From: Planctomycetota bacterium
GTDB taxonomy: Bacteria; Planctomycetota; MHYJ01; JACPRB01
Direction of reading: 5' to 3'
Length of the DNA: 64,000 bases
Assembly: GCA_035574235.1 (NCBI GenBank)
Contig: DATLZA010000156.1
Location: 17,998 to 81,997, forward strand
Shown: piece after piece, positions 63,417-64,000 of the stretch
Numbering within the stretch: position 1 is the first letter of the stretch
Layout: each line of letters opens with the position of its first letter
The notes under the pieces: generated by a model
Told to the model about the DNA's origin: nothing
Databases searched by the model: none
What the model saw: only the letters and a program-made list of their open reading frames with translations
Position numbers and translations under genes: made by a program

Positions 63417-64000
63417 ATGCAGCTCAAGAAGCTCGAAATGTGCGGCTTCAAGTCGTTCGCCAACCGAACGGAGATCCTTTTCGACAAGGGCGTCACCGGA
63501 ATCGTCGGACCGAACGGCTGCGGCAAGTCGAACGTCGTCGACGCCATCAAGTGGGTCCTCGGGACGCTCTCCTACAAGTCGGTCCGCGGCGAGGAGATGC
63601 TGGACGTCATCTTCAAGGGCGCCGAGGGGGTGCCCCCGATGGGGTTCGCGGAAGTCTCCCTGACGCTGGACAACTCCGACCACACGCTGCCCCTGGAGTT
63701 CGAGGAAGTGACGATCACGCGGCGGCTCTTCTCGACGGGGGAAGGCGAGTATTTCATCAACAAGGCCCCGTGCCGCCTGAAGGACATCCGGGAGCTGCTC
63801 TACGGGACGGGGATCGGGACGGACAATTATTCGGTCATCGAGCAGGGGAAGATCGACAAGCTGGTGCTTTCGAATCCGCACGAGCGGCGGCTCGTGTTCG
63901 ACGAGGCGGCGGGGATTTCGAAGTACCGGGCGCGCAAGCGCGAGACGGAGCACCGGCTCGAGAAGGTGTCGCAGGATCTCCTGCGGATCCAGGACGTCGT
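63417..64000 (+). CDS. smc: chromosome segregation protein SMC (N-terminal part; 3' end outside window)
   Basis: MQLKKLEMCGFKSFANRTEILFDKGVTGIVGPNGCGKSNVVDAIKWVLG (Walker A), followed by coiled-coil onset. Confidence 0.9.
   Translation, partial: MQLKKLEMCGFKSFANRTEILFDKGVTGIVGPNGCGKSNVVDAIKWVLGTLSYKSVRGEEMLDVIFKGAEGVPPMGFAEVSLTLDNSDHTLPLEFEEVTITRRLFSTGEGEYFINKAPCRLKDIRELLYGTGIGTDNYSVIEQGKIDKLVLSNPHERRLVFDEAAGISKYRARKRETEHRLEKVSQDLLRIQDV

Noticed and set aside
1-64000. CRISPR arrays, tRNA/rRNA genes, transposases/integrases, prophage remnants
   Set aside because: There are no direct-repeat/spacer arrays, no cloverleaf-compatible intergenic segments, and no transposase/integrase/recombinase-like ORFs. 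The excisionase-type HTH at 5186 is fused to a receiver domain and has no flanking integrase or att-like repeats.

Overview
High-GC (~70%) bacterial chromosomal window, densely coded, with no mobile elements, CRISPR arrays, rRNA or tRNA genes detected. The gene content is consistent with a Planctomycetota-like lineage (inference from a dcw block lacking ftsA/ftsZ, MshEN- and PilZ-type c-di-GMP receptor modules and high GC), but this is not proven.

Main contents, start to end:
- A 5'-truncated aldo/keto reductase and an 895-aa PQQ-like beta-propeller secretory protein.
- RNase P RNA (rnpB).
- An envelope-stress-like block at 4.6-11.6 kb: an ECF sigma factor plus a zf-HC2 anti-sigma factor, surrounded by HtrA-derived paralogs. 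These are one canonical HtrA, one HtrA-like protein that has lost all three catalytic-triad residues, and three PDZ-only proteins.
- pabB/pabC, P5C dehydrogenase, a NUDIX hydrolase, a membrane-anchored trypsin-like protease and gyrA.
- A sensor kinase with an NtrC-type regulator, and sppA.
- Respiratory operon 1 at 25.6-36.4 kb: HEAT protein, Rieske protein, split cytochrome b, a 1352-aa eight-heme poly-cytochrome c, two cupredoxin-fusion proteins, a Sco-DUF420 fusion and a DUF983 protein.
- groES and groEL, followed by terminators, and a Macro-domain protein.
- Respiratory operon 2 at 39.4-42.7 kb: pentaheme cytochrome c, full-length cytochrome b, Rieske protein and NAD(P)HX dehydratase. A FMN_bind-like/cytochrome c hybrid is transcribed divergently from it.
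- A dcw block (ftsW, murG, murC, murB, ddl, ftsQ-like) without ftsA/ftsZ and interrupted by an antisense C25-peptidase-like gene.
- ogt, a Trm112-like protein, yidC, an HTH-PilZ protein, mnmE, a DASS transporter, nrdR followed by a Cys-poor ATP-cone protein, rsgA, and the start of smc.

Many long antisense or alternative-frame ORFs in the six-frame track are GC-composition artefacts. They were rejected on Arg/Pro/Gly/Ala-rich composition and absence of motifs.
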